Positions 12,901 to 27,900 of a stretch of DNA of 64,000 nucleotides are shown piece by piece. The translations under genes and the position numbers were made by a program. Each line of letters starts with the position of its first letter. Positions within the stretch are counted from its first letter, which is position 1. Where the stretch lies: the NCBI GenBank assembly GCA_002269645.1, contig NIVC01001946.1:124001-188000 (forward strand), read 5' to 3'. The stretch comes from Macrostomum lignano (lineage: Eukaryota). Under the pieces are notes generated by a model. That model searched no databases. It saw only the letters and a program-made list of their open reading frames with translations, and was not told where the DNA came from.

Positions 12901-15900
12901 AGATCCTAGATCCCAGATCCTAGATCCCAGATCCTAGATCCCAGATCCTAGATCCCAGATCCTAGATCCCAGATCCTAGATCCCAGATCCTAGATCCCAG
13001 ATCCTAGATCCCAGATCCTAGATCCCAGATCCTAGATCCCAGATCCTAGATCCCAGATCCTAGATCCCAGATCCTAGATCCCAGATCCTAGATCCCAGAT
13101 CCTAGATCCCAGATCCTAGATCCCAGATCCTAGATCCCAGATCCTAGATCCCAGATCCTAGATCCCAGATCCTAGATCCCAGATCCTAGATCCCAGATCC
13201 TAGATCCCAGATCCTAGATCCCAGATCCTAGATCCCAGATCCTAGATCCCAGATCCTAGATCCCAGATCCTAGATCCCAGATCCTAGATCCCAGATCCTA
13301 GATCCCAGATCCTAGATCCCAGATCCTAGATCCCAGATCCTAGATCCCAGATCCTAGATCCCAGATCCTAGATCCCAGATCCTAGATCCCAGATCCTAGA
13401 TCCCAGATCCTAGATCCCAGATCCTAGATCCCAGATCCTAGATCCCAGATCCTAGATCCCAGATCCTAGATCCCAGATCCTAGATCCCAGATCTTAAATA
13501 CCAGATCCTAGATCCCAGATCCTAGATCCCAGATCCTAGATCCCAGATCTTAAATACCAGATCCTAGATCCCAGATCCCAGATCCTAGATCCCAGATCCT
13601 AGATCCCAGATCCTAGATCCCAGATCCTAGATCCCAGATCCTAGATCCCAGATCCTGGACTCTAGGTAAATGCAATCCAAAATAAAGTACAAACAAGTAC
13701 AAAGTATCAATTTCACATAGCTTCACAATCCTAAACTTTCATCTTCCCTTATTTGTCAGTTATCTTGCACTCCCATCGGACACGTCAAGGCCTCCTTTCT
13801 ATAACAAAGAACAAGAAGGCAAATATAAGTCTATTTGTATATTTAAACAATAACTGTTCAATTCCACTTTTTTGAAGTCTGAAGTTCTGAACACAATTTT
13901 CAGTCTAACACAAAGTCGAAATTAAGTACACCTGTACTAATATCGTTTCTTATAACGAGCTAAAGTTTGCGATGGCTTAGCCAAAGCTGAGAAGACAGTT
14001 GTGTATTTGCCATATTAGATAGACAGTGTTTAGGAGGGGATGGATTTCGGTTTTCAGACCCCAACTCGAAACCCCGCCTTGACAACAGAAAGAAGCAATT
14101 GAGCAATTAAAAAACTTAAAGACGACATGACCATTGCAAAGAGAAGCATTAGAGTCAGAGATTGAATACATTAAAGTGAAGAAAGAACATTAATATTAGT
14201 CTTTTAGCAGGATGTCCAGATCACTGAGCACACGGTTCTCTAGTATTTGTTGGATGCATTCTGAAACTCGAATAATTTATAGTCAAAGTTGAGTTTAGTT
14301 TATTTAAAACAACAAACAAATTCTGTGTTCTGGGCCTCTGTAACTCCCAATAATGTTTCATTCACTTTACGGTTTCCATGCGCACATCTACCTGGAGCGA
14401 TTTTGTTTCGTTGTCAAGCGGAAGTTGGCTTGCATGATTTTTATTTTAATGCTCTCATGAACTGCTCGGGCCGCGGCCTCTGTTGCTGCTGCTGCGCGAC
14501 CCGATTTTTTTAGTTGCTGGGATGAAATAAACAGAGATACTTAGCTAAGGCAATTGTATTATGGGCATTATAGCTCATTTGAGGATTCTAAAGTGTCATT
14601 TTGAAAATTCTCAAGCTTCACTGAGGTTTCAAAAGCTTCACTGAGGTTTCAAAAGCTTCACTGAGGCTTCATGAGCTTCACTGAGGATTCAAAAGCCTCA
14701 CTGAGGTTTTTAAAACCTTATCGAGGATATTAAAGCTTCACTGAGGATCCTAAAACTTTGCTGAGGATCCTGAAACTTCACTGAGGATTCTAAAGCTTCA
14801 CTGGGGTTTCAAAAGCTTCACTGAGGATTCAAAAGCCTCATTGAGGTTTTTAAAACCTTATCGAGGATATTAAAGCTTCACTGAGGATTCTAAAGCTTCA
14901 CTGAGGATTTGAAAGCTTCACTGAGGATTCAAAAGCTTCACTGAGGATTCAAAAGCTTCACTGAGGTTGCTTAAACTTTATCGATGATTTTTTAAAGCTT
15001 CATCACTGATTCTAAAGCTTTACTGAGGATTCTGCAACTTCACTGGAGAGTCCAAAACTTCATAAGGATATCGTCATTAAACTGAACATGCATAATAGCT
15101 CATAATTGCAGTTGAACCCGATTTTCGTCGCTTCCCACTGCCCCAGTCTCTCCACCCTTTCTCAAACGCGATTCGTGGCCGCAGAGATTCAGCCAGCCAA
15201 TGACAGACGCGCTGGTGGAGCCCCATCCCTTGCCTTCCCATCGCCAACGAGAACGCATCCCTAACCACTTCTATAATAAAACTTGATTAGCCACCTGCCA
15301 GTCCGCAAAACATACAAACACACACTTAATCTTTTCAACTCAATCTATCAAGCTAATCGGCCGATCCTATGCAAAAATTTGATGGTGACGATGGCTCAGC
15401 CTCAGGCTGGCCAAACCCAGCCGCATTGGAGACCACAGATCTCGAACTGCTGGCCCTAATTGAACAGCATCCGCCTTCATCTACTGAGTACTCATCTGAG
15501 CAGCCTTTGATGATGACGAATATGACAGTGCCGTCAGCACAGCAGCATCTTCAGCAACCGGACGAAGATGAGGCGACCATGGTGGAACAGATGTTTGCTG
15601 GTAAGGCTGAAGATTACATTATAAATGCGAATTTGCTTATTTTAGCTCCGAAATGGCACCTTTAATCTCTAAAATGGCATCTTTAAGCTTCAAAATGGCA
15701 TCTCTAAGCTTCAAAAAATGGCATCTTTAATCTCTAAAATGGCATCTTTAATCTCTAAACGGCATCTCTAGGCTCCAGAATGGCATCTCTAAGCTTCAAA
15801 AATGGCATCTCTAGGCTCCAAAATGGCATCTCTAAGCTTCAAAATGGCATCTCTAGGCTCCAAAATGGCATCTCTAAGCTTCAAAAATGGCATCTCTAGG

Positions 15901-18900
15901 CTCCATAATGGCATCTCTAAGCTTCAAAATGGCATCTCTAAGCTTCAAAAATGGCATCTCTAGGCTCCATAATGGCATCTCTAGGCTCCATAATGGCATC
16001 TCTAAGCTTCAAAATGGCATCTCTGAGCTTCAAAAAATGGCATCTCTAGGCTCCAGAATGGCATCTCTAAGCTTCAAAAATGGCATCTCTAGGCTCCAAA
16101 ATGGCATCTCTAAGCTTCAAAAAATGGCATCTCTAGGCTCCAGAATGGCATCTCTAAGCTTCAAAAATGGCATCTCTAGGCTCCATAATGGCATCTCTAG
16201 GCTCCATAATGGCATCTCTAAGCTTCAAAAAATGGCATCTCTAAGCTTCAAAAATGGCATCTCTAGGCTCCAGAATGGCATCTCTAGGCTCCATAATGGC
16301 ATCTCTAAGCTTCAAAATGGCATCTCTAAGCTTCAAAAATGGCATCTCTAAGCTTCAAAAAATGGCATCTCTAGGCTCCAGAATGGCATCTCTGAGCTTC
16401 AAAAATGGCATCTCTAGGCTCCAGAATGGCATCTCTAAGCTACAAAATGGCATAACTAATCTCCAAAATGGCATCTCTAAGCTTCAAAATGGCATCTCTA
16501 AGCTTCAAAAATGGCATCTCTAAGCTTCAAAAAATGGCATCTCTAGGCTCCAGAATGGCATCTCTGAGCTTCAAAAATGGCATCTCTAGGCTCCAGAATG
16601 GCATCTCTAAGCTACAAAATGGCATAACTAATCTCCAAAATGGCATATTTTATCTTCAAAAATGGCATTTTAAAATTCTGAAATGGCATGTTTAGCCTCT
16701 AGTGACAACTTCTAGCTAAAAATGGCATGTAAAGCTCTCACTTGAAGTAATAATTTAATAAAATTTAATATTTGAAAAATTATAATGAATACACCTGACT
16801 GCAGATTATAACAACTACAACTGTGTGATTGTACCAGAGGAGAATATCTACAGTCACCATCAGCAGCAGCAGCTTTCTTCGCAGACATTTGAGCTCGAGC
16901 TGTCCCCGGGCCAGGGCACAAGTCCGGATTGCTCATTCTTCTCAGGTAAATCGTATTATTATTTAGTTTATAAAAACAATAGCAATATAGTCTAACCTAT
17001 ATTATGCTATATTATATTAGGCAGAGTGTTGCCCGAGTTCCGGTTTCCCTGTGACCGCAGGTGGTGACCACAATGCATGCGCAATGCATTAGAACCCGGA
17101 AGTGGAAAAAAACATTTATAGTCATTGTCTTCAATTCGAGAAAATTCTATCTAAGCTATAAAACCTGTGCTCGTGCTCGAAGAACAAGCTTACCTTCCTG
17201 TCTGTCTGTCAGCCTGTCTGACTGTCTGTCTGCCCGGAAGTTACGAATGTAAAATAAAATCTTTTTTTTTCATTCCCGTTAGAGTGTCCGCCAATCTTTG
17301 ATCCCGTCCCATGCAGGTGCCTGGACAAGTTCGGCTAGAAAAAACCGGAACCATGTTACTCATGTAATTTTTTAAAGTTCGGTTTCATATTTCAATTACA
17401 TCAGCTTTGAACTTATATAGACAGACCCACCTATGAACAGATTCAGTCAATTGACAATTATTTCATCAGAGTTGGGGGCGCCATTGCACTCAGTTGGGGC
17501 GCCAGTTCATTAGAGTTGGGACGGCGCCATTTCACTAGAGTCGGGGCGCCACTTCACTAGAGTTGGGGCGCCATTTCACTAGAGTTAGGACCGCGCCATT
17601 TCACTAGAGTCGGGGCGCCATTTCACTAGAGTTAGGACGGCGCCATTTCACTAAAGTCGGGGCGCCATTTCACTAGAGTTGGGGCGCCATTTCACTAGAT
17701 TTGGGGCGCCATTTCACTTGATTTAGGGCGCCATTTTACTAGAGTCACGGCGCCATTTCACTAGAGTCAGCGCGCCATTTCATTATATTTGGGGCGCCAG
17801 TTTATTACGTTTGGGGCGCCAGTTCATTAGATTTTGGCGCCAGTTCATTACATTTGGGGCGCCAGTTCAATAGATTTGGGGCGCCAGTTCATTAGATTTG
17901 GGCGCCAGTTCAATAGATTTGGGGCGCCAGTTCATTAGATTTGGGGCCCCATTTCACTAGAGTTGGGGCGGCGCCATTTCACTAGAGTTAGGGCGCCATT
18001 TCACTAGAGTTGGGGCGCCATTTCACTAGAGTTGGGGCGGCGCCATTTCAACAGAGTTGGGGCTCCGCCAAAAATCAGAAAATATTTTGACAGGTTACAA
18101 TTGGTGGTGCCTGATTCATTTCCGGTCCAAGGTAATCCGAGAGCCTCCCTCCATGCGCGTGCAGCCTCTTAACTTTTCATTTCTATATTTCAAACAGACT
18201 CGTCACAAAAAGGCGGAACTCCTTTCCTATTCCGTATCGTCAGGGAGGAAAAAGTTTTTTTTTAAAAAGCCGAAAAGATGACACAAAAAGATTGCAGGCG
18301 GATGTAGGGGGTGGGGGTGCCCAGACAAGTGGGGGCTAAAGGAAAACTTTGGGACAAGGAGGCGCATGGCAAGTGAGAGGCATTGTGGTAACAACACCCC
18401 AACTTCCGCTTTCAAGATTTGTTCGGGAGGCCCGTCAAGGAGATCCTCAACTAGAACTTGGAGTAACACAATGTATTAAGTTAAGCACTGATTTAAGGGC
18501 GATTGTTCTGCGTGTTTTCGTTCTGGTCTCATTGCAAACTTGTGTAAATTTCGTCAGAGCTTTGTATAGATTTTAGCACCAGGGGCTTTAGCACCAGGGG
18601 CTTTAGCACCAGGGGCTTTAGCACCAGGGGCTTTAGCACCAGGGGCTTTAGCACCAGGGGCTTTAGCACCAGGGGCTTTAGCACCAGGGGCTTTAGCACC
18701 AGGGGCTTTAGCACCAGGGGCTTTAGCACCAGGGGCTTTAGCACCAGGGGCTTTAGCACCAGGGGCGCCAGCACCAGGGGCGCCAACACCAGGGGCGCCA
18801 GCACCAGGGGCGCCAGCACCAGGGCGCCAGCACCAGGGGCGCCAGCACCAGGGGCGCCAGCACCAGGGCGCCAGCACCAGGGGCGCCAGCACCAGGGGCG

Positions 18901-21900
18901 CCAGCACCAGGGGCGCCAGCACCAGGGGCGCCAGCACCAGGGGCGCCAGCACCAGGGGCGCCAGCACCAGGGGCGCCAGCACCAGGGGCGCCAGCACCAA
19001 GGGGCGCCAGCACCAGGGGCGCCAGCACCAAGGGGCGCCAGCACCAGGGGCGCCAGTTCCCCCTCCCCCCAGTTGACAAGTTCAGCTCTCCAGACCCTAT
19101 TTCAAGATTTCCTGGGAGTGGAGGCCCACACCAAAAAGAGGAACTTATCACCGGGACAAGAAAAACCCCCTCTCCAGTCAACTGGTTACTGATAGAGCAC
19201 CAACACCACCACCTCCGATAGTTTATGACAGCACAAAGGGTGATTAATAAACCGAAACAATGAGGATGTCTTGGAACTAGAAAAAAATTCGCGGAATTTT
19301 CTCTGTTCCTGAATTTTTTGGGATAAACTATAAAAAGTACAGCTTTTTTGGACAGGGACAAGGATGCTATATGACTTAGGGGAGAGAGGGAGAGAGGGAA
19401 GAGAGGGGAGATAGGAAGAGAGGGGAGAGAGGGGGGATAGGAAGAGAGATGAGAGAGGGGGGATAGGAAGAGAGGGGAGAGAGGGGAGATAGGAAGAGAG
19501 GGGAGAGAGGGAGACAGGGAGAAGAGGAGAGAGGGAGAGAGGGAGAGAAGTAGAGCGGTAGAGCGGGTAACCTATTACAAGAGCTACAAAGACCTGGAAC
19601 CCGGTACCCAGAAATAAAATATTAACAACGGAGTGAATTGTTTTCCAATGAAACATGATCTTAGCCATATCTCCGAATTGAATGCCAAAGTATTATTTTG
19701 CTATGCTATTCTGTGCTTTAATACAGAAAGCTTTAACACTAGTACTGAATTGTAGTGGCATCTGCGCCTTGTAAACTCTCAGACCTTCCAGGTTTTCTAA
19801 ATTTTTTTTACAACGAAGACGTGCAGTGCTTGAGCTTTTCTGTTCCAGCTGGCACACAGTTTGAAAGGTTGTAGCGATTGGGATGCTGGAAGATGAGCAA
19901 TAATAATAATAATAATAATAATTTTTGAGCAGGTCATTTCCGATGCTCTATATTTTGTTGGAAGCGTTTTATAACGGTTCGTCACTTCTGGTGTGCTGCG
20001 CTCTGGGCTGGGCCAAGTGGAGAGAACAAGAAAATGGCTAGAAAGAAGAGATAGTAGTTGAGAGAAAGTAGATAACAGAGACTAGAGGTGAGAGAGTAGA
20101 TAAGAGATAGAGAGGCTAGATAACAGAGAGTAGAGGTGAGAGAGTAGAGGTGAGAGAGTAGATAAGAAATAAAGAGGCTAGATAACAGAGAGTAGAGGTG
20201 AGAAAGTAGATAAGGGAGAGTAGAGGTGAGAAAGTAGATAAGGGAGAGTAGAGGTGAGAAAGTAGATAAGGGATAGTGAGTAGAATAACTAGTTATTTCC
20301 AGCTACACAGCATCAGTTTCCGAACACAAAACAGAATCACATTGTTTAGTTCTATAATTTTGTGACTACGTGTTAGGCGAGAATGAGTACATAAACTATG
20401 TATACAGGCACACGCTCGGCACCCACCCGCTTGTAACTACACAATATTGAACAATACTATACATTACTGCAACCTTCGAGTTGGGAAAATGGCAGGGATA
20501 TGCCACTATATCCCGGATTCTCACGCGGCAATATTCATTTGGGGCTTGGGCAATAAAAAAATGTTCTGGAGGTTGCCAAGCCCCCCCAACCCAATTATTG
20601 TCCTCAAACATAGCTATAGCCGAACTCTAAACAAGCCTACATTGGGAGAACTCGCAATCAGTGACATTGCATCTCTTGGATTTCTATTCGGTTTCTTTCG
20701 ATTCTCTCCAAAGTGTCAAATTGCGTAAACACCTAAGCATGCAAACGAATCTGCGCATCACCTTTTATATCAATTTGAATTGCTAATCCTAGCGAGAGGC
20801 TATGCAGGCTCGGCCTTAACTTTGCATCCATCAATTAAGTGAATAGGCATTTACAGGCAGATACTGTAAGAAGAAAGTGCAGGTGTGAGACAGAAATGAT
20901 GCCAAGTGACTGCGTGTCAGACAGAAATGACGCTAAACTGAGTGTGTCAGACAGAAATGACGCTAAACTGAGAGTGTCAGACAGAAATGACGCTAAACTG
21001 AGAGTGTCAGACAGAAATGACGCTAAACTGAGTGTGTCAGACAGAAATGACGCTAAACTGAGAGTGTCAGACAGAAATGACGCTAAACTGAGTGTGTCAG
21101 ACAGAAATGACGCTAAACTGAGTGTGTCAGACAGAAATGACGCTAAACTGAGTGTGTCAGACAGAAATGACACCAAGTGACTGTGTGTGTCAGACAGAAA
21201 TGACGCCAAGTGAGTGTGTGTGTGTCACATAAAAGTGACGCCAAGTGACTGTGTGTGTCACACAAAAGTGACGCCAAGTGACTGTGTGTGTCACACAAAA
21301 GTGACGCCAAGTGACTGTGTGTGTCACACAAAAGTGACGCCAAGTGACTGTGTGTGTCACACAAAAGTGACGCCAAGTGACTGTGTGTGTCAGACAGTAA
21401 GATTTCTCAGCATTAATTTTTCAAACTGTTTTCGATGCATCGCGCATTCAACAGTTGCATTTGAAGTAATAAACAATCATATACTCGTAAGTGTGAAAAT
21501 CTCGTCTCCTTGATTGTTTACAACTTCTGTCGGCAGGGTGTTATTACGCAATCATGATCAGGCTACGATTGTCAAACAAACAGAAACCTTCCGTGAATCA
21601 AACTGGGACAACAAAAACTCCTTATTTCAATATTGACAGATCAGGACACGGCCAGCAATGGTGCAACCGCCGCTTCAAATGCCGCCCTCATAGCAGCCGC
21701 AGCCGCCGCCCCAATGAACAGTGGCGGACAAATGACCAGTTGCTATGGGCAGTGCGGTGAGCACTGTCAAATGAAACACCTCGTGGGTGCAACAGGCGCC
21801 TCGGTGTGCACTGAGCGAGTGCTCGTTGGTAATGGTGAGCATTCTGCAGAGTCTTCTCTATGTTTGAGTCTTATTTTTAAATCCCAGTCTCTATCTCACT

Positions 21901-24900
21901 CTCTCACTCTCATTCTAAATCTCCCTCTCACTCTCAATCTCAATCTCACTCTCACTCTCCCTCTCACTCTCCATCTCTCCCTCTCACTCTCAATCTCCCT
22001 CTCACTCTCAATCTCCCTCTCACTCTCAATCTCCCTCTCACTCTCAATCTCCCTCTCACTCTTAATCTCTCTCTCTGACTCTCAATCTCCCTTTCCCTCT
22101 CACTCTCACTCTTACTCTCAATCCCAGTGTCAATCTCCTTCTAATTCTCATCCACAATCTCATCCACAATCTCATCCACAATCTCATTCAAAACCTAGCA
22201 ATGTAATTCTATCTCATTCCCCGCCTTCAAGTCTCATTCAGTTAGTCTATTAATTTCAAGTCAACCTGTCTGCAAAGCAATAATGGTATTCAAATTTTGC
22301 ATACTGGGCTGGAGAGGGTTCCACGCTCAGCAGTGTCACATTTCATAATGGGAACATAAAACCTTAATTGGAACACACCTACTAGGACTAAGGACTTAGC
22401 CAGAAATCTAGACTTGGAGACTGAAATCACCAGTCACTCTTTTCTGTAAACTGCCAGTATGTCCTGTTCTTCTTAAACTGTTGTTTTTAACCGATTCTGA
22501 CTGGCCTCACCTCATTAACACTGGATTCTAGTTTTAGATCTAACAGGTTTTATTATATACTCTGTATAGGAATACATTTGCATAACATTTGCATAGAGAA
22601 ACTGTGATTTTTCCACTCACACACAGCAACAACACACACAACAAAATTATAGTTAGTTTTGCAAATCTATTCATTGTTGCTGCTTGAGAGAGTTTTGCAG
22701 AATTTTTTTGGCGGTAAATTTCCTTTGATTATTAAATTAATCTGTGGGACTTGGTTGCTTTAGGAGAAGTAGAGATTGATAAATATAAGGTTGCAGGTAC
22801 AGGTATATAGATAGATAAATCCGGATATTTTATATAGTGATAGGCATGCTACACAAGTATTTAGACACAGGTATATTTAGATACACAGGTATTTATATGC
22901 AAAGGTATATTTAGATACACAGGCATTTAGACACACAGGTATTTAGATACACAGGTATTTATATGCAAAGGTATATTTAGATACACAGGCATTTAGACAC
23001 ACAGGTATTTAGATACACAGGTATTTAGATACACAGGTATTTAGATACACAGGTATATTTAGATACACAGGTATTTAGATACACAGGTATTTAGATACAA
23101 ATGTATTTAGATACACAGGCATTTAGATAGACAGGTATTTAGATAGACAGGTATTTAGATACACAGGTATTTAGATACACAGGTATTTAGATACACAGGT
23201 ATTTAGATACACAGGTATTTAGATACACAGGTATTTAGATACACAGGTATTTAGATACACAGGTATTCATATATACAGGTATTTAGATACACAGGTATTT
23301 ATATATACAGGTATTTAGATACACAGGTATTTATATATACAGGTATTTAGATACACAGGTATTTAGATACACAGGTATTTAGATACACAGGTATTTAGAT
23401 ACACAGGTATATAGATACACAGGTATTTAGATACACAGGTATTTAGATACACAGGTATTTAGATACACAGGTATATAGATACACAGGTATTTATATATAC
23501 AGGTATTTAGATACACAGGTATTTAGATACACAGGTATATAGATACACAGGTATTTAGATACACAGGTATTTAGATACACAGGTATTTAGATACACAGGT
23601 ATTTAGATACACAGGTATATATATACACAGGTATTTAGATACACAGGTATTTAGATACACAGGTATTTAGATACACAGGTATTTAGATACACAGGTATAT
23701 AGATACACAGGTATTTAGATACACAGGTATTTAGATACACAGGTATATAGATACACAGGTATTTAGATACACAGGTATATAGATACACAGGTATTTAGAT
23801 GCACAGGTATATAGATACACAGGTATTTAGATACACAGGTATATAGATACACAGGTATTCTCCTTCACAGATATACATAACCTACACGCCACACTAAATG
23901 CACATGGCCTGTGACTCACAGGCCCCAATCGCCCTGACTGGCTGACAGTTTCGCACAGGGCCCAAGCCACAGTCGCAAATAAAGGTGACAGCAAAGTAGA
24001 ACTAAACATTGTAAATAGATCAACAAATTTATATTACCCCTATTCGATTGAATATCTGCCTGTTTTTGGAAAAAAAAGTAATTTACTCAAACAACGTCCC
24101 TTGTCCACCTCTCCCAACTGTCAGTTGCTGAGCCGGCGAAATCTTCAAACGACAGTCGTCAAGAAGTCGCCGCCGCAACAAGCGGAGATGCTCAGGACTC
24201 GGACTCGGGATTGTTGCTGACTTCTGAATCGATTCAGAAAGAGGAAATTCCTCTGCAGGCTGACTTCGGTAGCGGTGGTGGTGGAGGCGGAGCAGAAGGC
24301 ATGTACCAGCAACAGCAACAGCAGCAACATGTGCAGCATCATCCGGATTATAACAATGGAAGCTGGTGGAGTAGCAGTACTGATGGTTTTATGCAAGGTG
24401 AATAAGTATTTTTATCTATTTTATCATGTCTTTAGTTTCGCTGGTTTAAGATAATAAATTTTATTTATTATAACAATCGCCTTTTGAATCGTCTTCTACA
24501 TGTGTTTTTAGGAATTGCCCCTTTAAATTGTCTTTAAGAATAAACCATTCAATATTTTCCTAGGATCGTCTTTCTAATGTTTTTCTAGCCCTTCAAATCC
24601 ATTTCTAAGAATCGTCGTTCAAATAATTTCTAAGAATCAACCTTACATCTATTTCTAAGAATCACCCTTCAGATCCATTTTTAAGAATCGTCCTTCGAAT
24701 CTATTTCTAAGAATCGCACTTCTAATCCTTTCTAAGAATCGCACTTCTAATCCTTTCTAAGAATCGTCCTTCAAATCCATTTCTAAGAATCACCCTTTAG
24801 ATTTATTTCTAAGAATCACCATTTAGATTTATTTCTAAGAATCACCCTTAAGATCTGTTTCTAAGAATCACCCTTTAGATTTATTTCAAAAAAACGTCTT

Positions 24901-27900
24901 TCAAATCCATTTCTAAGAATCATTTAAGAACGTCTCTTTAATCGCACTTATTCCTCTTAGCCCACTCCCTACGACTGCAGACTAATCATCCCAGATACAG
25001 CAACAAAAACACGACAACATTTCTTGTCAAACGTTTTGCAGAAATGGATCCTTACTCAACCGAGCTGCAGCTGCACCACAGACACCTCATGCAGCCGCAG
25101 CAGTACCAGCCGCAGCAGCAGCAGCAGCAGACTCAGCAGTACCAGCCGTCTCAACAGCAGTCACTGCCAGCGTGGCCAGGTCATCAAGGTCACTGTGATT
25201 TATTCAGCTACGACTCCTGCTATCCACCAGGCGGCTACCAGATCGGTCATGAACTGCCAACTGAAACGCAGCTGTGCAATGAACTTTTTATGGCTAATAA
25301 CTTTCCTAATACAGTTCAACAGCAGCAACATCAGCACCAGCAGCAACAGTACTTCTGCTACTCAACAATAAACGACCGCGGTTACGTACTCGATCAAGAT
25401 GATGGGTTCCTTCTGAACTCTGGCAAAGAGGCTACCATGATGCAGCAGCAGCAGCAGCAACTTGATGGTTTCGCTCAATTAGATTCATTAATTCAGCAAC
25501 AGCAGCAGCAGACGCAGCCGAAGCAGCAGCAGGCACATCAAAGACAGCGTCAACAACAGCAGCAACCGCTGGTACAACAGCGAGGCAGTAGAAGCTCCTC
25601 GACTGCTCCTAGAACTACCACTACGGCCAGTGAAGTACCAACCAGCGAAGGTGGCAGCGCTGCCGGAGGTGGCGGAGGCGGCGGTGGCCAGGTTCACCTG
25701 TGGCAGTTCCTGCTTGAAGAACTGTCGAACCCCGCGTCTGACCGGCACATCTGCTGGACCGGTCAGGGCCAGTGGGAGTTCAAGCTCAAGGATCCGGACG
25801 AAGTTGCAAGGCGCTGGGTGAGCTGACTTTATAGTTCTCTTGGCAACGAATGTCACTGGGGTTTGAGGGGCTGCGGGCAGAGTCGTTGCAAACTACAAAC
25901 TACAAACTACAACTCACGAGAGGCGCTTGTGACGCAACAGTCGCCTCTTTTAGTGACATTAGACGCGTTTGAATCGTTAAAAAGTCACAAGAGGCACTAG
26001 AAAGTTGTTTACAACGGCTTTTTTAGCAATTCTTGCCACGGGATCGTTTTCAGCGGGACAGGGTGTACAGGGTTGGCCTTCATGGTGTGAATCGCCTGTT
26101 GCTAATTGAATATGGCCGCTCAAGGAAATTTCTCACTTTAACTCACTCTTAAACTCACTCCATCAACTCCAGGGCCAGCGCAAGAACAAGCCGAAAATGA
26201 ATTACGAGAAGCTGAGCAGGGGCCTTCGGTACTACTACGACAAGAGAATCATTGAGAAGACCACCGGCAAACGCTACGTGTACCGGTTCGCCATGAACAT
26301 GGAAGATGTTGTCCGCTGCGGACCTCAGGAATATTTCCAGCACTGCGGTGTCCAACCGCAGCCAGTGTCCGATGGAGAGTGAACTAAAGTCTTCGATTTA
26401 AGTCAATTTAAAGTTTTAGAAGTACTTTTAAAAAGACTACAAGAAAACACAATATAGCTTTACTGTGATAGGTAGTCTGGGTGTTGAAAATATAAAATTT
26501 TACACTGTCGATGTCAATAATACGGTTAAAACACGAGGCCCCCCACTCTAGTGCTGTAAATTTGTAATTTATACTAGCGAATTATAAGAACACAATGAAC
26601 TTTAAGTCCCCTGGCCGTGCGTCTTTCTCACGTGTTCCCTCACGTCACGCACAAGTTACACAACAATAACTTTGGCCGTTTCTGTAGTTAATTATTTATT
26701 AAAATCTAGGATGCCACCAAACAAAACATTATTAGCAAATTCTGCCACTGACTACTTACTCTATCTAAACAGTAGTGTAGTTCGACGCTAACAAAATATT
26801 GCTTATTTGACCATGTTATTTTATTTGTTATAAATAAAAGTTTCTCTGCCAATTTTTCAAACAGCGCAGTAAAATGTCAATTATTATTATTAACTTTCTT
26901 AATTTTTAGCTTTCATTACTTTTATAAGCATGTTGTGCCATCAGACTACTAACAGTATACAGTTCAGACATTTTAGGACCTTATTTTTTTACACCAATTT
27001 GACAAATTCTGACGGCCCAAAAAAGAAATAAGTCCCTCAGCTCGTCTTGAAAGCCTCTTTCGCCTTGTGCACTATGAACTGCTGCACGATTTTGTAACTC
27101 GCTACTTAAAGAAACTTTGTTATAATTGCACGCATTGATTTGCTCATTCTGTGCTACTTTTACGGTCATATATTGTTTTGTCAGGCGCATGTAACCTGTT
27201 CATTATCGTCTTGTTTAACTTATAATATATATTAGTTATAAATAGAATATACTTGTACACCATTGAATAAAAGATAAATGCTTACACTGAGTAAATTTAT
27301 TGTTTTTTCCATATTAATAATCGATAATAATATATTAGAGATTAATGATTGTCAATAAAATTTTGTTCAAAATAAAAAGAAACGCATTTATACTGAAACA
27401 GTCACGATCTCAATCAGAATCTCAACTACGAGTATTATATGGAATCTCAACCTGAGAATATCCATGAGTCTTATCCTGAGAATCGCCATAAATCTCATAC
27501 TGAGAATCGCCATGAATCTCATACTGAGAATCTCCATGAATCTCACCCTGAGAATCGCCTCAAAGAAGAATGAGAATCGCCATGAATCTCACTCTGAGAA
27601 TCGCCTCAAAGAAGCCTGAGAATCGCCATGAATCTCATCCTGAGATTCCTTTTGAATCTCACCCTGAGAATTACACTCGAATCTCACCCTGAGAATTACA
27701 CTCGAATCTAACCCCTTTGCTTTCGAATCTCACCCTGAGAATCGCCCCGAATCTCATTCTGAGAACCACACAGAATCTCATTCTGCGAATCGCTTCATAA
27801 TCTCAGCAAAAGATCTCACCCTCGTGCACCAGCAGATGAGCTTTCCAATTCCGCTCCTTCAGCACCGCCCGAACAGCAGTCACTGGTGACAGGATGTCCT

